A stretch of 59,105 bases of DNA, the filler included. It is 6 parts of 6 records of this genome, joined end to end, with 100 filler letters (N's around TTAATTAATTAA, not from the genome) between each part and the next. Parts side by side here need not be neighbours in the genome. Positions count along the whole stretch, not along the records: positions 39,660 to 53,149 come from SRR22947725_969; 5 more parts are not named here. One strand, given 5' to 3'. The translations under genes were made by a program, and so were the position numbers. The notes under the pieces were generated by a model. The model worked only from the letters and a program-made list of their open reading frames with translations. It was not told the DNA's origin and ran no database searches. This document shows positions 40,075-50,032 of the stretch, piece by piece. Within the stretch, counting starts at the first letter, position 1, and each line of letters opens with the position of its first letter.

Positions 40075-40899
40075 TTAACCTATCATATTAATGTTTATTT
40101 TTTTTAGTGACAGTCTTATCACTTCTTCCCAACCTTCTGGAGCACATTGCTTGGCCCTTAAAATATTGTTCATTTTTAGATTATTTAAATTATTTTTATT
40201 AGGCAATGGAACCACACATGGCTGATTAGCTTCTTTCAACATAGAAATATCATTTGGACTATCACCCACTGCAATTACATATGGAGATAGAAAAAGATCA
40301 TTTTGAAGTTTGTTAACTAAGGTATTTAACGCAGAGCCTTTTGAGCAATTATCACTAATATTTAAAACTCTTCCACCTTCATGTAATTTCATTCCTAAAC
40401 TTTCTAAAATTAATTTAAATTCATCAAAAAGTTTAGAAGAACCATTAAATATAAATGGTGTTGAATAACCTCTATTGAGAGCAAAGGGTAAGTAATCATC
40501 ATTTAAACCTAGAATTTCTTTTTGTTTTTGTTTTTTCATATCTTTAACAAACAAACATTTATCTTTAAAAATTGTAGGAACTTTTTTTTTAAAAATTTCT
40601 ATAATCTCATCAATTGTACGGCTAAATATTATTGAGTTAGTGTTTGATTTTAAATTAATATTAAGAAGATCAAGATTATGAACGGCTGCTCCATTTTCTA
40701 CTATAAATGGTAATTGTTTTCCTAATTGATCTGAGAAAACCTCAATTTCTCTTTTTGTTTTACTAGAATTCGGTATTATTTTAATTCCATAATTAAGACA
40801 ATTTATAATAAAACTTCTAATTTTTTTGAACTGAAAATCATCATGATTTAGTAAAGAACCGTCTAAATCAGTAAATATAATAATATTATCTGCATTCAT
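40075..40899 (-). CDS. Glucosyl/mannosyl-3-phosphoglycerate phosphatase (HAD IIB)
   Basis: FTDLDGSLL, SSKT..EI, PFIVENG, GGR, GDSPND. Confidence 0.88.
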   Translation of the reverse strand: MNADNIIIFTDLDGSLLNHDDFQFKKIRSFIINCLNYGIKIIPNSSKTKREIEVFSDQLGKQLPFIVENGAAVHNLDLLNINLKSNTNSIIFSRTIDEIIEIFKKKVPTIFKDKCLFVKDMKKQKQKEILGLNDDYLPFALNRGYSTPFIFNGSSKLFDEFKLILESLGMKLHEGGRVLNISDNCSKGSALNTLVNKLQNDLFLSPYVIAVGDSPNDISMLKEANQPCVVPLPNKNNLNNLKMNNILRAKQCAPEGWEEVIRLSLKKININMIG

Positions 40900-40926
40900 G
40901 ATTAAAATTTATACAAAAAGATTAAA

Positions 40927-42153
40927 TTATAAAGATTTTTGTTTTGCTAGCTCTACATTTGACTGTTTATTAGGCAAAAGCAGTCCCGATATAATTATAG
41001 CTATAGAGATAAGAGCTAAGGACTCAAGAATAAATGAAAAGTTATAACCATTTTGAAGTAAAAAGGAAGTCACAGGTAAAACACTCGCACCTGCACATAA
41101 GTTTATCATAAATTTTATCGAAAGGACCCGCCCTCTCCAACTATCGTTAACATATTTAACTAATATGGCATCAGTTATTGGAACTTGTCCAAAAACAAAA
41201 AGCATTGCTACTAACATTATAAATAATAAATCATAATCAAATGAAATACTTGCAAAATAAATAAAAATTAACTGCCCTAAACCCATTGCCGATAAAACAA
41301 ATTTTGGAGGTATCTTGTCTACCAACCAACCAGTTCCAATTTGTGAAAAAGATGCTACAGCATAAACAAAACCTGCTAACAAACCTGTAATTGCAACATC
41401 ATTTGATATCTGCAACATATTTACTTCAAATAGCCTTGGTATGAGAAAAGTTAAAGAACCAAATATAAACCCTCCAGACAATGTAACAATACCAAGGCAA
41501 ATTAGGACTGTTTGCCAATTAGAAGACATTATAGATTCTTCTTTATTTCCATCGCTTAAACTCTTGCTTGTAGGTGCATCATCCAATTCTCTAAATGCAA
41601 AAATTTGTGATAGCCCAAATAAAAAACATAATATTGCTGGAACAATAAACGCTAACCTCCAATCGGCATACGCTATTAGAAAACCAGTAAAAATGGGGGC
41701 AAAAGCAACGCCCATATTCCCCCAAACACCATTAATACCTAATCTTAAGCCAACTTTTCCTGGTCTTTTAATTAACATAGCAATACCAACAGGATGATAA
41801 ATAGCTGCAAAAAAACCTAAAACACCTAAAGATAACCCTAACATCTCAGTAGATTGAGACATAGATGCTAAAAATGCTCCTAAAGACAAACCGAATGGAT
41901 ATATAGTAATTAATATTGCTCTAGAAAATTTATCAGCCAACCAACCAGCTAATGGAGCAGCTGCTCCAAACAATATTACGCCAAGAGTTCCATAAACGAT
42001 AATTTCCTCATACGAAAAACCAAATTCTCTACCAGCGTCAAAAGCTGCCTTTGCAAAAATTAACATCATAAAATGATCTAATAAATGCCCTATATTTAAA
42101 TATAAATCTGGTATTGAATAGCTTTTAGTACTATCAAGATTCATTATTTTCAA
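40927..42153 (-). CDS. MFS transporter
   Basis: About 12 TM helices, GWLADKFSR motif A, AAIYHPVG. Confidence 0.9.
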   Translation of the reverse strand: MKIMNLDSTKSYSIPDLYLNIGHLLDHFMMLIFAKAAFDAGREFGFSYEEIIVYGTLGVILFGAAAPLAGWLADKFSRAILITIYPFGLSLGAFLASMSQSTEMLGLSLGVLGFFAAIYHPVGIAMLIKRPGKVGLRLGINGVWGNMGVAFAPIFTGFLIAYADWRLAFIVPAILCFLFGLSQIFAFRELDDAPTSKSLSDGNKEESIMSSNWQTVLICLGIVTLSGGFIFGSLTFLIPRLFEVNMLQISNDVAITGLLAGFVYAVASFSQIGTGWLVDKIPPKFVLSAMGLGQLIFIYFASISFDYDLLFIMLVAMLFVFGQVPITDAILVKYVNDSWRGRVLSIKFMINLCAGASVLPVTSFLLQNGYNFSFILESLALISIAIIISGLLLPNKQSNVELAKQKSL

Positions 42154-42189
42154 AATTAATATGTCCTTATCAAATTAATTAAAAAATAA

Positions 42190-42867
42190 TTAAGAAAGAA
42201 AAGTTGTGAAATCTTCACATTTAAGTTTTTCAACTCTTAAATCATTTTCCGGAGCTTTGGTATCTTCATACCCAATTGATATCCCACAAACCAACATTTC
42301 ATTTTCTTTAAAACCAAGGTGATCTGCTATTAATGTATGAAATTTTGTAAACGCTACTTGACCACAAGAATGAAGTCCCTCACCTCTCGCTCCAACTAAA
42401 ATACTTTGAATAAACATACCAACATCCATGAACGTTCCTGTTGCAAGTCTTCTATCCATTGTTACAAACATGCCTATTGGGGCTCCAAAAAAATGAAAAT
42501 TTTCCTGCATTTGTTTATCTCGAGCTTCATAGTCATCTCTACTTATATTGAGAAGTTTATATAATTCAAAACCGACGGCTCTTCTTCTTGATATAAATGG
42601 TTCGAACCATTCTGTTGGATAATAATCAAATTCTTGTTTAAAATTTTTAGCTGTTCCATCTTTTATAGAAGCTAAAATAGAGTTTGTAATCTCTTCTTTC
42701 TTCTTTCCTTGAACTACATATACATGCCAAGGCTGTATATTGTGTCCACTTGGTGCAAAGGCTGCGCACTCTAAAACATTTTTAATCTTATCTTTAGAAA
42801 CCAGATCTGGCAAAAACCTTCTTACTGATCTTCTAGAAATAAAGGCTTCTTTAACATTCATATTCAT
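42190..42867 (-). CDS. Nitroreductase family protein
   Basis: SRRSVRRF, APSGHNIQPW. Confidence 0.92.
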   Translation of the reverse strand: MNMNVKEAFISRRSVRRFLPDLVSKDKIKNVLECAAFAPSGHNIQPWHVYVVQGKKKEEITNSILASIKDGTAKNFKQEFDYYPTEWFEPFISRRRAVGFELYKLLNISRDDYEARDKQMQENFHFFGAPIGMFVTMDRRLATGTFMDVGMFIQSILVGARGEGLHSCGQVAFTKFHTLIADHLGFKENEMLVCGISIGYEDTKAPENDLRVEKLKCEDFTTFLS

Positions 42868-42937
42868 AGCCTCAAAATATTAGTAATTCTTAACTGTTGC
42901 TTTATAATATTAACTTTTTAAATATTTTAGCAATGCT

Positions 42938-43627
42938 TTATTTATTTTGAGCAAATATTTTTCTAAAGAAGTTTACTTTGTCTATTCTCTTAAACAAATA
43001 GGGTTGAGTATCTTTAATTCTTTCTGTTATTAAAATTGTATCTGATTTTTTTGTTTTATTTACATATTTTTTTTGTTTTTTAATTTTCCAAAATTTTTTT
43101 ACTTTATTTAAATAAGGCTTGTTTTTTTTGGGATCAGAAGAATGATAATATTTTATTGCCTCATCCCATGAACCATGGCGATTTTTTAATTGTATTAAAA
43201 AAGAGGCTGCATAAGATATATTAGGCTCTAAGGCAAACATGTCATTAATTTTTTTAAAATAGTTTTTATGCCATTTTAAATTAATTTGCATGCAACCTAC
43301 ATCAATATTATGGTCTTTAACCCTAACGTTTTTTAATACATACTTTTCCATTTGTTTTTTTGTATCAAAAAACAAGCTTTTGCCTGCATGGTTAACAGTC
43401 CATGGCCAAACTACATATTTTTTATTTTTTAATAATCTACCAGACTCCACTTTACCTATTGCAGTTAATAGACCTTTTGGTAGATCCGTATAAGATTCAA
43501 TTTTATTAATTATATTTTCACAATTTTCAAATTTTTCTTTTGAAAATGTAAGACTGGAATAAAAAATAAAAACTATGAATGTAATGGAAAGAACAAAATT
43601 ATAAAAAAACTTATTCGAATACAACAT
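42938..43627 (-). CDS. Lytic transglycosylase (SLT, SltF-like)
   Basis: AIGKVESGR, WPWTVN, IDVGCMQIN, W.EAI.YYHS. Confidence 0.88.
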   Translation of the reverse strand: MLYSNKFFYNFVLSITFIVFIFYSSLTFSKEKFENCENIINKIESYTDLPKGLLTAIGKVESGRLLKNKKYVVWPWTVNHAGKSLFFDTKKQMEKYVLKNVRVKDHNIDVGCMQINLKWHKNYFKKINDMFALEPNISYAASFLIQLKNRHGSWDEAIKYYHSSDPKKNKPYLNKVKKFWKIKKQKKYVNKTKKSDTILITERIKDTQPYLFKRIDKVNFFRKIFAQNK

Positions 43628-43637
43628 TCATGACTTA

Positions 43638-43653
43638 AGCAATCAATGTGCCA
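43638..43653 (-). promoter_or_regulatory. sigma54 -24/-12 promoter
   Basis: Minus strand TGGCAC-ATTGA-TTGCT. Confidence 0.65.
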
Positions 43654-43662
43654 ATAGAAATT

Positions 43663-44448
43663 TTATCTCAATTTTTTATAATTTGGTTCTCTTTTTTCTA
43701 AAAAAGCATCTATTCCTTCTATGCTTTCGCTATCACCCTGAGATTCAACCATGAAATCAGTTTCTAATTTTAACTGACTTTCAAAATTGTTACCATAAGC
43801 TAATCTTGTAAGTTTTTTAATTCTTGAAAGAGAATTTTTAGGAAGGTTTTCAAAGTTTTTAGATAATTCTATTGCGGTTTTTGTTGCATTCCCCTTTTGT
43901 GATATAACGTTAATTGCCCCTATTTGATATAACCTTGATGCATCTATTTTCCCCCCAATCATTGCCATTTCTGCAAGCATTTGTCTTGGCATAGTCTCAG
44001 ATAAAAATTTTGTTGCAGCACCATCAGGCGTTAATCCAATTTTTACATATGCAAGAGAAAAAAAACTATGCTCGCTCATTATTACTAAATCACAAGCCAT
44101 TGCTAGGGAAACACCTGCACCAGCAGCACCACCTTCAACCGCAGAAATAATAGGCTTTGAACAATTCAATATAGATTGAATAGTTCCATTTAATTGACCC
44201 AGAGTTTCATACCTTTGTTCTTGTGTCATTGTACGCCTTGTTTGAAGCGCATTTAAGTCTCCTCCGGCACAAAAGAAATCACCTGCCCCATTAATGACAA
44301 TTGAAAATACATCTTTATTCTCATCAGCTATTTTTATTGATTTTTGAAACTCGTCATGAAAGCCTTTAACCATAGAATTTCTTTTTGAAGAATTATTCAA
44401 TGTAAGAAGCAACGTGTTACCAATAACTTTGTTTTCAATAATAGACAT
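43663..44448 (-). CDS. Enoyl-CoA hydratase/isomerase (crotonase, PaaG-like)
   Basis: FCAGGDL, VEGGAAGAG.SLA.ACD, IGLTPDG. Confidence 0.9.
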   Translation of the reverse strand: MSIIENKVIGNTLLLTLNNSSKRNSMVKGFHDEFQKSIKIADENKDVFSIVINGAGDFFCAGGDLNALQTRRTMTQEQRYETLGQLNGTIQSILNCSKPIISAVEGGAAGAGVSLAMACDLVIMSEHSFFSLAYVKIGLTPDGAATKFLSETMPRQMLAEMAMIGGKIDASRLYQIGAINVISQKGNATKTAIELSKNFENLPKNSLSRIKKLTRLAYGNNFESQLKLETDFMVESQGDSESIEGIDAFLEKREPNYKKLR

Positions 44449-44548
44449 TTTATTCCCATAAAAAATTTTGTATAAAATAATTTAATATTGAATTTAATAT
44501 TTTACTAGTTCAATTTTCAAATAAACCAATCAAAGCCAAAGAGTTTTT

Positions 44549-45796
44549 ATGCATAAAAATGATATTCTTAAATCAGTTATGAATAGTGCTTTAAAAGCCG
44601 CTATGCCAACGGATAAATTTAAAACTCTTCCAAAAAAACCAAAAGGTAAACTATTAGTTATTGGTGCCGGTAAAGCTGCCGCTAGTATGGCTAAAGAATT
44701 TGAAGAAAGTTATAACGATCCTATTGAAGGAATTGTTATTACTAGATATGGACACGCTACTAAAACTAAATTTATAGAAGTTGTTGAGGCTTCACATCCA
44801 GAGCCAGATAAAATTGGCTTACTTGCTTCAAAAAAACTTTTTAGTTTAGCCAAAAAAGCAGATATAAATGATCATGTAGTATTTCTGATTTCTGGAGGAG
44901 CATCTTCTTTACTAACTTTACCTGCGGATGGTATAAAATTTGAAGAAAAACAACGTATAAATAAAGAGCTTTTGATTTCTGGAGCGCCCATAGATCAGAT
45001 GAATATAGTGAGAAGAGCTCTTTCTAAAATTAAAGGTGGTAGGCTTGCTGAAGCAATTCGCCCCGCAAAACTGACAACATACATGATTTCTGATATACCT
45101 GGAGATGACCCATCATATATAGGTTCAGGACCAACAATACAGGCGAGTGGCTCAAACAACGATGCTTTTAAAATTTTAAATGATTATAAAATTGATATAA
45201 GTAAAAATCTAAAAGAAATCATAATTAAAAATCAACTCCCTAAAATATTAAATTCTCCAACTTATATGCTGGCGAACCCGATGATGGCATTGAAAAGCGC
45301 GTATAATGAAGCTGAGAAATTAGGCTTCAAACCGGTAATAATATCAGATTCCCTTGAAGGTGAAGCAAAATTAGAAGGGAAAAAAATGGCTGAATTAGCC
45401 ATAAAAATAAAAAAAGAAAAGAAATTCGAAAATATTCCTTTAAAACAACCCATATTACTTCTCTCTGGTGGTGAAACAACCGTCACTGTCAAAGGAAATG
45501 GCAAAGGTGGCAGAAATACAGAGTTTATATTGTCAATGGCAATACATTTAAAAGAAGTTAATGGTATAACAGCTCTTTCAATTGATACAGATGGAATAGA
45601 TGGAGTAGAAGATAATGCTGGTGCATTTATATCAGATGTAACTTTAAGAAAAGCAAAATCACAAAATCTTATTCCTCAAAAATTTTTGGATAATAATGAC
45701 TCTTATTCTTTCTTCCAAAAAATTGATGACTTAATATTCACTAACCCAACATTAACAAATGTTAATGATTTTAGAGCCGTGTTAATTGAGCCTTAA
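44549..45796 (+). CDS. Glycerate 2-kinase (MOFRL/TtuD family)
   Basis: GAGKAAA.MA, ISGGASSL, SGGETTV, GGRN.E, TDGIDG, T.TNVND. Confidence 0.92.
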   Translation: MHKNDILKSVMNSALKAAMPTDKFKTLPKKPKGKLLVIGAGKAAASMAKEFEESYNDPIEGIVITRYGHATKTKFIEVVEASHPEPDKIGLLASKKLFSLAKKADINDHVVFLISGGASSLLTLPADGIKFEEKQRINKELLISGAPIDQMNIVRRALSKIKGGRLAEAIRPAKLTTYMISDIPGDDPSYIGSGPTIQASGSNNDAFKILNDYKIDISKNLKEIIIKNQLPKILNSPTYMLANPMMALKSAYNEAEKLGFKPVIISDSLEGEAKLEGKKMAELAIKIKKEKKFENIPLKQPILLLSGGETTVTVKGNGKGGRNTEFILSMAIHLKEVNGITALSIDTDGIDGVEDNAGAFISDVTLRKAKSQNLIPQKFLDNNDSYSFFQKIDDLIFTNPTLTNVNDFRAVLIEP

Positions 45797-45803
45797 AATT
45801 TTA

Positions 45804-46412
45804 TTAATTAACAGGAACTGTCTCTACAAAACCAGGAAGGTTATGAGCTTTATCTTTGAACCATTCTTTAAGCTGTGGCCTGTTATCCTCCCATACTCTA
45901 ACATTTCTAAAGGACATATAGCCTAGTGCAGCTCCTAGACCAATATTTGCAGCGTCAAAACCTGATGGGCTTGACCAATTAATAATATCTTTTTCAAGAT
46001 AATCTAAAGTTCTATCAATTTTTCCTATTTGTAAGTCTAACCATACTTTAGAAGGAACTTGACCTCCAGCATACCTATCAGAATAAACTATTAACAGTGA
46101 AGCATCTATTAAGCCTTCAGCAAGGGCCGATCTAGTTAAAATGATATCTCTTTCTTGACCTTCTAAAGGAATTAAACCTCCACCTATTCTATTAAAATGA
46201 TCTATAATCACTCTACTATCAAATAAATAGCCACCATCAGGTTTTTGTAAAACCGGTATCTTGCCAAGAGAGTTTTGGCCTCTCAGTAATTCGTTTTCAT
46301 AATGATTATCTGGTGAAATTAGCTCTATTTGATTTCTAATTCCAGCCTTGTAAGCTGATAATAAAACTTTACGAACATATGGAGACGCTGGGCTAAATGT
46401 TAGTTTATACAT
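45804..46412 (-). CDS. Glutathione S-transferase family protein
   Basis: SPASPYVRKV, GKIPVL, DSRVI. Confidence 0.9.
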   Translation of the reverse strand: MYKLTFSPASPYVRKVLLSAYKAGIRNQIELISPDNHYENELLRGQNSLGKIPVLQKPDGGYLFDSRVIIDHFNRIGGGLIPLEGQERDIILTRSALAEGLIDASLLIVYSDRYAGGQVPSKVWLDLQIGKIDRTLDYLEKDIINWSSPSGFDAANIGLGAALGYMSFRNVRVWEDNRPQLKEWFKDKAHNLPGFVETVPVN

Positions 46413-46504
46413 ATCTTCCTCATTTAATTTATTTGTTTTTAAAACTTCAATAGCAATAAAGCAAACTATTTGATTTAATAAGAAATTATTTTAGGGTAAG
46501 GCTC

Positions 46505-47584
46505 ATGAGATATCTTATAGTTACACAAACATACCCCCCTAGGACCGGTGGCATGCAAAACGTTATGCATGCAATAACAACAAAACTCTCATCTATAAAT
46601 GAAACGCATGTATTCCCAGATCATTATTTTAAATTAAAGATTTCTAATTCAAAAATTCATATTCATAATAACTTTTCTCCTAAATTATTAAGACCTTTTA
46701 TTAAAAAAAAATTAGTAAGTAATATTTATAAAGATGAAGATATCATTATATGTGATAGCTGGAAATCTTTGAATGCAGTTCCTTATAAAGCTAAAAAAAT
46801 AATTGTTTTCGCTCATGGACAAGAATTTCTTTCAATTCAAAAGAAAAAGAAAAAGAAAAGAATTAAAGATAACCTTAACAGAGTCAATTCAATAGTATGC
46901 AGTTCTTCATACACATCCAAACTAATATCGCAATTGAACCTAACAAATGTGCCTAAAGTGGTTATTCCTCCCACTTATTCACTCAATAAAATTTCAAATT
47001 ATAAAAAGAACGTAAATAAAAAAACAGATAAAGTGTCTTTGTTGACTATTTCTAGACTTGAAGAAAGAAAAGGAATTATTCCTGTTTTAAAATCTTTGTC
47101 TGAAATGAATAATAATGATGAATTAAAGCCATTTTTTTGGACTATTTGTGGTGAAGGATTACAAGCTAATGAAATTAAAGAGGCCATAAAAAATCTTAAC
47201 TTATCCAATAATGCTCAATTAGTCGGCAAAGTAACGGGTAATGAAAAGCAGAGTTTCCTTGAGAAGGCAGATCTATTTATAATGCCATCATATAAAGTTA
47301 ATGATTCAATAGAAGGGTTTGGCATATCTTATATAGAGGCTGCTGCTTATGGAGTGCCGTCTATTGCTGGTATTGATGGAGGAGTTAGAGACGCAGTTAT
47401 TGATTCTGAAACAGGATGGTGTGTAAACCCATTAGATAAGTCAGCACTCTCGAAAACTCTTCAGAATGCTATAAATAATAAAGATATTAGAGAACAATAT
47501 GGTATTGATGCTCAAAAAAAATTCTTAGACTGTTTTTTAGGAGAAAAAGTTTTTAGGAAATTTATGGATACCATCAGTTCCTAA
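46505..47584 (+). CDS. Glycosyltransferase family 4
   Basis: YPP..GGMQ, SRL..RKG, EGFGISYIEAA. Confidence 0.9.
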   Translation: MRYLIVTQTYPPRTGGMQNVMHAITTKLSSINETHVFPDHYFKLKISNSKIHIHNNFSPKLLRPFIKKKLVSNIYKDEDIIICDSWKSLNAVPYKAKKIIVFAHGQEFLSIQKKKKKKRIKDNLNRVNSIVCSSSYTSKLISQLNLTNVPKVVIPPTYSLNKISNYKKNVNKKTDKVSLLTISRLEERKGIIPVLKSLSEMNNNDELKPFFWTICGEGLQANEIKEAIKNLNLSNNAQLVGKVTGNEKQSFLEKADLFIMPSYKVNDSIEGFGISYIEAAAYGVPSIAGIDGGVRDAVIDSETGWCVNPLDKSALSKTLQNAINNKDIREQYGIDAQKKFLDCFLGEKVFRKFMDTISS

Positions 47585-47884
47585 TTCTAAAGAATATATG
47601 TTATGCGCAAAATTTATGTCTATAAAACCATAATAATGAGGAAAAAGATCACCATTCCTTGCAGGTTCCCACTTTATATTTTCAACTAAGTCTGTTGTAT
47701 TAAAAGTGATTATAATTAAATTTTCTTGTTTTTTAAAATGTTTATCTACAGTTTCTTTTAATTGTTCTTTTGTTGAAAAATGAATATATCCATCTTTAAT
47801 ATCAATTTCAGATCCTTTATAAAAACCTTCTTCGAGAGCTTTTTCCCATTCACTATTGTTACAGACTTTATAAATCAAACTCAT
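47537..47884 (-). CDS. DUF952 domain protein
   Basis: IYK, D..DGYIHFST, KWE..R...LFPHYYG. Confidence 0.88.
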   Translation of the reverse strand: MSLIYKVCNNSEWEKALEEGFYKGSEIDIKDGYIHFSTKEQLKETVDKHFKKQENLIIITFNTTDLVENIKWEPARNGDLFPHYYGFIDINFAHNIYSLELGTDGIHKFPKNFFS

Positions 47885-48804
47885 TTGTGTTTATTATTTT
47901 CTATGATAAAATCTTTAATTAAATTTATTAATACCTCTGGCTCATCTTCTTGAGAATAATGTCCTGCTTTAGGTAATTTAACAACTTTTGAAGTTGGAAA
48001 AAGAGCTTTAAAGTCTCTAATGGCGTAATCAGGTTCAATCGCTTTGTCTTGCATTCCATAAGCTAAAACTGCTGGTTTAGAACATAAAGATTTTAGATCT
48101 CCTATTTTAAAACCTTCTAAAACATAAGGTACCATTCTATTCAGAAGAGCATCTAAAGGGAAATTTATAGCACCTATACAACTTGCCCTATCAGGGAATT
48201 GTGACGAGTAAGCTTGAATCCAAGTATCAGTTATTATTCCATTATTGGTAAAATTTGGAATCTTCATCACTGACAAAAGGGTGGAACTAAGTTCACCTAG
48301 GATGCCATCTAATGTGTTTTCATCATGATGTTTTTTGATCCATTTAAACCAAGGCGATAAATTTTTAGGTCTTTCTTCTCTGCTATATCCAAAAAGCGTA
48401 TTTATTAAAAAATAACTCTTTACATTTTTTATGTTTCTAATTGAATATGCACCGATTATTGGTCCTCCCCAATCTTGACCAATAAAAGTTATATTTTTTA
48501 AACCTAAAAAATCAATTAACCCACTTAGGTTTTCAACATGAGTTTTAAGAGTATAATCTTTGTCTTGCGGTGTTTCTGATTTTCCAAAACCCATATGATC
48601 TGGAACAATTATACGGTTTTTTTCGGCCAAAGCAGGAATAAATTTCCTGTAAATATAACCCCATGTAGGCTCTCCATGGAGCATTATTATTGGATCAGCA
48701 TCTTTGGGACCTTCATCTACAAAATGCTGTAGAAAGCCATTTCCTTCATAAAAATTAGGCTTGAAAGGCCAGGATCCATTAAAGGTTTCTGATGCATGTA
48801 TCAT
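47881..48804 (-). CDS. Haloalkane dehalogenase-family alpha/beta hydrolase
   Basis: HGEPTW, GFGKS, QDWGG nucleophile Asp, GHY.QED catalytic His. Confidence 0.85.
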   Translation of the reverse strand: MIHASETFNGSWPFKPNFYEGNGFLQHFVDEGPKDADPIIMLHGEPTWGYIYRKFIPALAEKNRIIVPDHMGFGKSETPQDKDYTLKTHVENLSGLIDFLGLKNITFIGQDWGGPIIGAYSIRNIKNVKSYFLINTLFGYSREERPKNLSPWFKWIKKHHDENTLDGILGELSSTLLSVMKIPNFTNNGIITDTWIQAYSSQFPDRASCIGAINFPLDALLNRMVPYVLEGFKIGDLKSLCSKPAVLAYGMQDKAIEPDYAIRDFKALFPTSKVVKLPKAGHYSQEDEPEVLINLIKDFIIENNKHK

Positions 48805-48826
48805 TTACCTAGTCTCCCAATAAATA

Positions 48827-49138
48827 TTACATTTCGGTGCTTGCAGCTTCTTTTTCATATGTAAAAGTACATACACCTACAAAATTATTTTCTTTAAATA
48901 CAAGGCTTCCTTTTAAATCAGCTATAATGTCAATATAACGACTTTCAAATTTTTTTAATGCATCAGGGCTTCCAAATTTAATTGAAACGTTAAGGTCTCC
49001 AGACTGACTAATGAAAATATTGAGACCAATAATATTTAATTCAGAAATTTTTGAACCAAATTTTTCAGAACAAAATGATGCCGCCAGCTTGGCTTCACTT
49101 ACAGATTTGAATTTAAAATTTAAAATCTTTCCAAACAT
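48827..49138 (-). CDS. Small hypothetical protein
   Basis: ORF 8 bp downstream of the GAF gene on the same strand. Confidence 0.65.
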   Translation of the reverse strand: MFGKILNFKFKSVSEAKLAASFCSEKFGSKISELNIIGLNIFISQSGDLNVSIKFGSPDALKKFESRYIDIIADLKGSLVFKENNFVGVCTFTYEKEAASTEM

Positions 49139-49146
49139 TTTCTACC

Positions 49147-49953
49147 TTATATCTGACCGAGCAGATTCATAAGTTCATCGTCATTATTGGAAAGATTCTT
49201 AATTCTTTTAAGTGTGCCAATATTTAAATTTAACTCATCTAGAACTTTTCTTCCAAATTTTGAAACTTCAAAATTATTTTTATTTTTTATTGCAACCCCA
49301 AGGTCTAACATTTTTTGTTTTTCTTCACTTGAAATAATATCATTAATAAAAAACTTGAGAATGACAACAGCATCTTCAAGGCTTATTTCTGAAAAATTTA
49401 GTTTTAACTTGCTCATAATTTCAATACTGGATTCAGCTGTGCTCTTTCTTTGATTAACTTGAACTTCAAGTTGGTAAGCAAGTTTTGCCGCCAACTCAGT
49501 TAAGAGATTTATTTTATGAGCAGATATCCTTCTTACTCTATTATCGCTAACGCATAATGTCCCTAGAATATATCCATCAGAAGTAACAATAGGAAAGGCT
49601 GCATAAAATTTAACCCCAAAATCTTTAACGGCGGGATGAAACATAAACCTTTTATCTTTTGTCATGTCATTAATGAGAAGAGGTTTAGTTTTTTCTAAGG
49701 CAAATTGACATAATGTTTGATTTCTTGGCATTTCCATTGGAACATCATCAGGAAATCCATCTCTGGCTAACATAAATTGACGTTCAGAATCAATAACCCC
49801 TGTCCAACTGACTGGACAACCGGTAATTTCTTTGGCTAAAAAACAATATATTTCATAAAGTCCTGTTGAGCTCGTATCTAAAACACCTGTTCTTAGAACA
49901 GCTTTTACTCTTTTTTGATCATTATCAGGGATGTTGGCTGGTTTAAAATTCAT
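49147..49953 (-). CDS. GAF domain protein without a recognisable output domain
   Basis: R..A.....VLDT, D.ERQ, TLCQ.A, D.RF..HP.V, FYAAFPI...G..LGTLCV.D. Confidence 0.85.
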   Translation of the reverse strand: MNFKPANIPDNDQKRVKAVLRTGVLDTSSTGLYEIYCFLAKEITGCPVSWTGVIDSERQFMLARDGFPDDVPMEMPRNQTLCQFALEKTKPLLINDMTKDKRFMFHPAVKDFGVKFYAAFPIVTSDGYILGTLCVSDNRVRRISAHKINLLTELAAKLAYQLEVQVNQRKSTAESSIEIMSKLKLNFSEISLEDAVVILKFFINDIISSEEKQKMLDLGVAIKNKNNFEVSKFGRKVLDELNLNIGTLKRIKNLSNNDDELMNLLGQI

Positions 49954-50032
49954 AATATTTTTATCTTTTTGAATTACAATATATGAACATTATTAAATAA
50001 ACAACGAACACATCAATTAAAACTTTTGATTT

